In this document: positions 59,436 through 64,000 of the stretch, piece after piece
How the letters are laid out: each line of letters opens with the position of its first letter
How positions within the stretch are numbered: the stretch's first letter is position 1
NCBI GenBank assembly: GCA_029856155.1
Contig: JAHQWL010000023.1
Location: forward strand, 1 to 64,000
Reading direction: 5' to 3'
DNA: 64,000 bases
Origin: Promethearchaeia archaeon
GTDB lineage: Archaea > Asgardarchaeota > Lokiarchaeia > Sigyniarchaeales > SOKP01
Made by a program: the position numbers and the translations under genes
The notes under the pieces: model-generated
Databases searched by the model: none
Told to the model about the DNA's origin: nothing
What the model saw: only the letters and a program-made list of their open reading frames with translations

Positions 59436-60686
59436 TTATTTTCCAAATGCTTGCTTTATTAAATCGACTCGCTTCTTAGCCTTCTCTAGATTAATCTGAG
59501 CTCTATTCGGAGAATCATTTAAGATAAATGGATACTCTGCTAACAACTTCATGTCATTATCTCCCAATTCTTCCTTTTTACTTAATTTATCAATAATAAG
59601 TATAAGTTCAGTATAGTTCTTAGAAGCAGCATTTTCATAAAATTGATTTAACATAAATTCTGAAATACTAGACTCCCGAATTCCTTTAACAATATTACTA
59701 ATATCCTCTGAATCTTCAAATTTTGTAACTTTTTGGAATGATGATATATCTTTATCTTTATGGGAAATTGTCTTTATCTCTAAATTTGAATTATTTTCAG
59801 AGATACGGGGAATAGATTGAGCTATATATTCACCCGATTCAATTAAATCTATTAAAACATCTGTTATTTCATTACTCGTCTCATTTAATTCCGAATTTAA
59901 AAAATGTTTGAATATACCAACTTTCAATAATTGTTTAATGTCTTTTACTTCCCAATTTTCTGTATAATTTACAATATCATTTATATCAAAAACTATCTTA
60001 GGATTTATTTCTAAAAAGTCTTTTAAAACAGTTTCTCTCTCTATTTTATTTAGTAAAGGGACTTTTATAAAAAGATCAAATATATCATATAATTTGTTTG
60101 ATATTTTGTTAACTTCTTGAATATCATAATTTAACCATACTAGAATAATATTAGATTCAATAAAATTAAAATCAAATCCTTTACTTTGCCAGGCATTTAA
60201 AAAAACCTCTAATAAGTTATTATCATCAAATTTCTGTTTTAATATTGGATGTGGATTAATTAGTAATAATCTTTTTTCCTCAATTTTATCTGGATCTCTA
60301 TCATTTGCTCCAGTTTCACCTTCACTTTCAGAATTATTACTAAAAGCATTAAATATGGAAATAAAGCTTTTTAAAAATTTATTTGGAGCATTAATAATTT
60401 CGATATCATTAAATTCAATTAAATTTAAGTAATAATTTTTAGATATTAATTTGATATAATCTAAAATATCTGTACCGGGATTAACATTAATTAAAACAGC
60501 TCCTTTGGGTGTTAGATAACCATTTAAAAGATTATCATGATGATTAGTTAAAATTACTTTTAGATAATTGATAATATCATTATATTTATCCCGATAGAAA
60601 ATACCTTCTTTATTAATATTAATTTCTGAAGGTTTAATAATCTGAAAAAATCTAAAAAAATCAGGATTATCGTTTATATCTTTCAT
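59436..60686 (-). CDS. Degenerate classic-clade AAA+ protein (probably catalytically inactive)
   Basis: PKGAVLINVNPGTD in place of PKGxLLxGPPGTGKT; FDLFIKVPLLNKIERETVL and DINDIVNYTENWEVKDIKQL resemble the AAA lid; no recognisable Walker B DE. Confidence 0.65.
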   Translation of the reverse strand: MKDINDNPDFFRFFQIIKPSEININKEGIFYRDKYNDIINYLKVILTNHHDNLLNGYLTPKGAVLINVNPGTDILDYIKLISKNYYLNLIEFNDIEIINAPNKFLKSFISIFNAFSNNSESEGETGANDRDPDKIEEKRLLLINPHPILKQKFDDNNLLEVFLNAWQSKGFDFNFIESNIILVWLNYDIQEVNKISNKLYDIFDLFIKVPLLNKIERETVLKDFLEINPKIVFDINDIVNYTENWEVKDIKQLLKVGIFKHFLNSELNETSNEITDVLIDLIESGEYIAQSIPRISENNSNLEIKTISHKDKDISSFQKVTKFEDSEDISNIVKGIRESSISEFMLNQFYENAASKNYTELILIIDKLSKKEELGDNDMKLLAEYPFILNDSPNRAQINLEKAKKRVDLIKQAFGK

Positions 60687-60955
60687 TAAAAATTTTCCTT
60701 TATTTCTTTGGTAATTTTATGAACATTATTTACATGACATTTAACACATTTATATTTAGCGATACTCATAGTTAGCGATAACTAGATCCTCGACAAAAAT
60801 CGTAAAATTTATAAAATCGTTTTTTGGAAGAGGAAATTTAATAAAAAATTTGAGAACAATTTTTAAAACAGATATAGGGACTACAAAATAATAAATTAAA
60901 CTTATTAAGGATTCAAAAACCCTTCCATTTTATTTTAATGATTTATAAAAAAAGA

Positions 60956-61405
60956 TTAAATCCTACTTGAAATAAATCTTGGTAATTTGCCTTCATTTAC
61001 TAGAATTTTTATCAAATTAGGCATACTATTCCATTGTTGAATAGAAAGGTTGTACTCTTCTTCCGTAATATCTTTAAATTGGGCTACGCGATAAGTTAAC
61101 ATTACTAAAGGAGTTGTTATAAGATGCTTTACTTTATTACAAGGGAAATCCTCACATTGTGCACAACTTTCTAAACCTTTATCTTGTGCACAAGGTCGAG
61201 CTTTGCAATTCTTATCAGCAATTTTATCTCCTTTACTCTTACATCCCTCACAAGCAACATTTTCTGCAGTATAATTTTCATGACCTAAATACTTTCGCCA
61301 TGCATCAACCATTTTTTGTCGAATATAAACATCATCTGATCGAGCAGCACATAAATAACAATTATAACCACAATAACCAATCATATTATCCTCAGACTTT
61401 ATCAA
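60956..61405 (-). CDS. DUF3795-like Cys-rich protein
   Basis: CGYNCYLC, CEGC, C..RPCA..KG..SCAQC..FPC. Confidence 0.85.
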   Translation of the reverse strand: MIKSEDNMIGYCGYNCYLCAARSDDVYIRQKMVDAWRKYLGHENYTAENVACEGCKSKGDKIADKNCKARPCAQDKGLESCAQCEDFPCNKVKHLITTPLVMLTYRVAQFKDITEEEYNLSIQQWNSMPNLIKILVNEGKLPRFISSRI

Positions 61406-61642
61406 AACCTAACACCTGATATATATGAATTAATCCTCTTTTTTATATATACTATCCTTGAATTGGTAATGTGTCTATATTAAATCAAATCTTAATATCA
61501 TGGCAATTATCCTAAAAAACGCTTTTGAGAAAGGAGAAGGAACTTTAATTAAAATTTTTAAATAGATAACTCACCATGATTTTAATAGGTTTTATTATGA
61601 ATAGAAAAATATGAAAATTTAATTATTGAGGATATTGTAATA

Positions 61643-62038
61643 TTAGATAAACTCTTGGTGCAATATATTTAGGTATAATTCAAATTTCTCTCTAATAAGA
61701 TCATAATGAGTAAATTTCCCTTTTTTCCACCCCCTAATTAGTCCCGCATTTTCGAGGATTTTTAAATGATGGGAGATAGATGGTTGTGACTCATCTAATG
61801 TTGCTTCTAATTCACATACACATCTATCTTTTTCTTTTAGAATATTTAAAATGATTAAACGTTTCTTATTTGATAATGCATTCAAAAACTCAATCAGATT
61901 ATTAAATATAGACTCTTGAAGTAAATCATCTCCTATCTCTCTTAATTTCTTGAAATGCAGGTCTACATTATCTACATCTTCACACTTAATTAATTTATCT
62001 TTAATTTCTTTTTCATGTTCAATATCCATTTGGAACAC
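61643..62038 (-). CDS. arsR: ArsR/SmtB repressor
   Basis: ALSN..RL.IL..L, CVCEL, SQPSISHHLKIL..AGL; divergent from acr3. Confidence 0.92.
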   Translation of the reverse strand: MFQMDIEHEKEIKDKLIKCEDVDNVDLHFKKLREIGDDLLQESIFNNLIEFLNALSNKKRLIILNILKEKDRCVCELEATLDESQPSISHHLKILENAGLIRGWKKGKFTHYDLIREKFELYLNILHQEFI

Positions 62039-62089
62039 TTTATTCTTGTATTATTCAATAATTATAAAAGAAAAACAAATTTATATTAA

Positions 62090-62123
62090 TTTATTCAAAT
62101 TAAAGAATTTTTATTTGAATAAA
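62090..62123. promoter_or_regulatory. Candidate ArsR operator (inverted repeat)
   Basis: TTTATTCAAAT-N12-ATTTGAATAAA, perfect 11-bp arms between divergent arsR and acr3. Confidence 0.6.
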
Positions 62124-62183
62124 AATTTTGTTATCTAAGACTATTATAAATTCTTTAAAAGTTTATTAAAAAGATGATATAAT

Positions 62184-63212
62184 ATGGATGAAGACGAAGG
62201 TAGGACAATCAGTTTTTTCGAGAAATTTCTTCCACTTTGGGTTGCATTATGCATATTTATTGGAATTCTTTTCTCAATATATATTCCTGGAATAAGTGAG
62301 GCCATCAATTCTTTTAGTTTAGGTCAGATTTCTATACCAATTGGTATTTGTTTATTCTTAATGATGTATCCGGCAATGTTGAATTTGCAGGTTTCAGAAT
62401 TAAAAAAGCTAGGGAAAAACCCTAAACCTATAATTTTAACACTAATATCTAATTGGTTAGTTGCACCTTTTGTAGGGTTACTTATGGCTCGTATATTTTT
62501 ACAAGGTTATGAACAATTAATAGTTGCTATTATTTTATTAAGTTCAAGTCCATGCACAGCAATGGTTTTAGTGTGGGGATGGATGGCAAAAGGTAATCAA
62601 GAGCAGAATGTAATAAATACAAGCCTAAATACGATAACTATAATATTTGGTTATGCTCCTATGGTGGCACTTTTAACAGGAATTCAAAATATTCATGTTA
62701 ATTGGGTGCTTTTATTGATCTCAACAATTATTTTTATTGGACTCCCCTTACTAATAGGAATAATTAGTAAAAGATTATTAATCTCTACTAAAGGTGAAGA
62801 TTGGTTTAATAATACATATCGGCCAATAGTTGGAAATATATCAATTGCTGCCCTACTAACAACCTTAGTGTTACTTTTCTCTATGAACGGAAATGTCTTG
62901 ATTAACAATCCTGGTTATTTACTATTGATTTCAATTCCTTTATTAATTGGGTTTGTTATTGTAGTTGGATACAACATAATCATAACAAAACTCTTCAAAT
63001 TAAAATATCGAGAGGCTATTATTACAGTAATTATTGGTTCTTCAAGTCATTTTGAAATTGCTATTGCGACTGCTATTGCTATGCCTGGTTATGGAATCGG
63101 TTCATTAGCAGCCTTAGGAACCACGATGGGACTATTTTGGGAAGTGCCAGTCATGCTATCGATAGTATATTTAGGTCGATTTTTAAAAAAAAGGGGTTTT
63201 TGGAAATCCTAA
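62184..63212 (+). CDS. acr3: Acr3 arsenite efflux transporter
   Basis: FFEKFLPLWV, LMMYP, NWLVAP, PCTAMVLVW, SSHFEIAIA, EVPVML. Confidence 0.95.
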   Translation: MDEDEGRTISFFEKFLPLWVALCIFIGILFSIYIPGISEAINSFSLGQISIPIGICLFLMMYPAMLNLQVSELKKLGKNPKPIILTLISNWLVAPFVGLLMARIFLQGYEQLIVAIILLSSSPCTAMVLVWGWMAKGNQEQNVINTSLNTITIIFGYAPMVALLTGIQNIHVNWVLLLISTIIFIGLPLLIGIISKRLLISTKGEDWFNNTYRPIVGNISIAALLTTLVLLFSMNGNVLINNPGYLLLISIPLLIGFVIVVGYNIIITKLFKLKYREAIITVIIGSSSHFEIAIATAIAMPGYGIGSLAALGTTMGLFWEVPVMLSIVYLGRFLKKRGFWKS

Positions 63213-63232
63213 TATTTCAAAACGATTAAAAT

Positions 63233-63529
63233 TTGGATGTGATAAAGATTAGTGATGAACCAGAGTCAGAAAATTTAAAAGTAGATATTTATGTCCCCTT
63301 AGACGCGTGTGCGTGTGAATGGGATAAATTTATGAATCGAGTTTTTGTTGAACTAACACCTTATATAAAATATATTGATTATGATACTAAGAATCTTAAT
63401 TCAGATGAAGCTAGGCAACTCAATCTACATAATAATTGTGTCGTAATCGATGGAGAGACAAAATTTTCTTCGTCATTCATACTAAAGAAAGAATTACCGA
63501 AACTTCTTAAAACAAAAGGATTTATTTAG
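63233..63529 (+). CDS. Small thioredoxin-like/ArsD-like protein with CxC
   Basis: VDIYVP..CACEW..VVIDGE; in the ars operon. Confidence 0.55.
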   Translation: MDVIKISDEPESENLKVDIYVPLDACACEWDKFMNRVFVELTPYIKYIDYDTKNLNSDEARQLNLHNNCVVIDGETKFSSSFILKKELPKLLKTKGFI

Positions 63530-63562
63530 TATTTAGAAATTTGATTTGAAATTTTAACAGAG

Positions 63563-63931
63563 GTGATTATTAAAATTAAAAAAATTACTTTTAAAATTAG
63601 TATACCTTCGCTGGGTTTACAAAAAGGAAAAACATTTATTGTACAAGTAAAAGATGATGCTACTTTTGTTGAAGCTTTAGCAAAGGTAGATAAATATATT
63701 TTTGAGAATCCACATGAATCGATATTTCCAATATTTGAAGGTTATATTCATAATTATTTACAGTTGTTTTGGGACCCAGAACATAACAAAATCTATGAAG
63801 ATGTTGGGATAATGCCTTATGCTCCTGATGAAGATGGTAATTTGAGAAGATTCATGCCAATCAGAGATACACTTGATTTTAATTTATTTCCTGACAGTAT
63901 AATAGATTTACAACCAGATTCTGGATGTTGA
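63563..63931 (+). CDS. Putative beta-grasp (ubiquitin/MoaD-like) protein ending SGC
   Basis: beta-beta-alpha start, ATFVEAL, FNL.PDSIIDLQPDSGC resembles the MoaD C-terminal strand with GC in place of GG. Confidence 0.55.
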   Translation: MIIKIKKITFKISIPSLGLQKGKTFIVQVKDDATFVEALAKVDKYIFENPHESIFPIFEGYIHNYLQLFWDPEHNKIYEDVGIMPYAPDEDGNLRRFMPIRDTLDFNLFPDSIIDLQPDSGC

Positions 63932-63940
63932 TGAGAAAAA

Positions 63941-64000
63941 GTGAGAAATCGTTTAGATATAGGCAATTTTAAAGCTATTTTAAGAGAAAAGTATGGAAAA
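63941..64000 (+). CDS. Start of a gene cut by the window edge, possibly arsenite methyltransferase ArsM
   Basis: GTG RNRLDIGNFKAILREKYGK; the REKYGK segment resembles the ArsM N-terminus; ars context; only 20 codons visible. Confidence 0.35.
   Translation, partial: MRNRLDIGNFKAILREKYGK

Noticed and set aside
54754-60686. Wadjet (JetABCD) anti-plasmid system
   Set aside because: No Toprim/JetD gene, the gene order differs, the kleisin is short and ScpA-like, and the SMC has an Smc5/6-type hinge
787-62908. Short antisense/overlapping ORFs in the track (e.g. 787..996, 1237..1662, 5208..5543, 9492..9834, 11604..12447, 23131..23758, 26855..27076, 57926..58947, 62693..62908)
   Set aside because: They are shadows of well-supported genes on the opposite strand, with Ser/Phe/Ile-rich composition and no motifs
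1-64000. CRISPR array, rRNA, intact IS element
   Set aside because: No regularly spaced repeats, no long GC-rich structural RNA and no transposase motifs were seen

Overview
AT-rich archaeal chromosomal window, most likely from an Asgard archaeon of the Lokiarchaeia. The evidence is an archaeal ribosomal superoperon, an IPGY-type 'Loki-CTERM' surface protein, roadblock/longin proteins and BHB-intron tRNAs. It contains: (i) the rps19e-PDCD5-rpl39e-rpl31e-eif6-rpl18a-pfdA-ftsY-secE cluster with dnaG and a Get3-like ATPase, interrupted by a GC-richer phosphorylase/deaminase pair; (ii) four tRNAs, three of which carry six introns in total, all at non-canonical positions (tRNA-Phe has three); (iii) a Thermotoga-type myo-inositol catabolic cluster (iolG, iolM, iolN, iolO, a transporter and an unassigned cupin), with uxuA/uxuB about 13 kb away; (iv) a four-gene operon encoding a degenerate (probably inactive) AAA+ protein, an Smc5/6-like SMC, a kleisin and a kite, converging on an atypical small GTPase and its coupled partner. 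This operon is the best candidate for an under-described system; (v) an arsenic locus (arsR, acr3, a CxC protein, a ubiquitin-like protein ending SGC, and a probable arsM start); (vi) several orphan gene 3'-end fragments, candidate non-AUG starts and two palindromic operator sets. No CRISPR array, rRNA, integrase or intact transposase was seen. All assignments come from motif recognition by eye; no database search was run.
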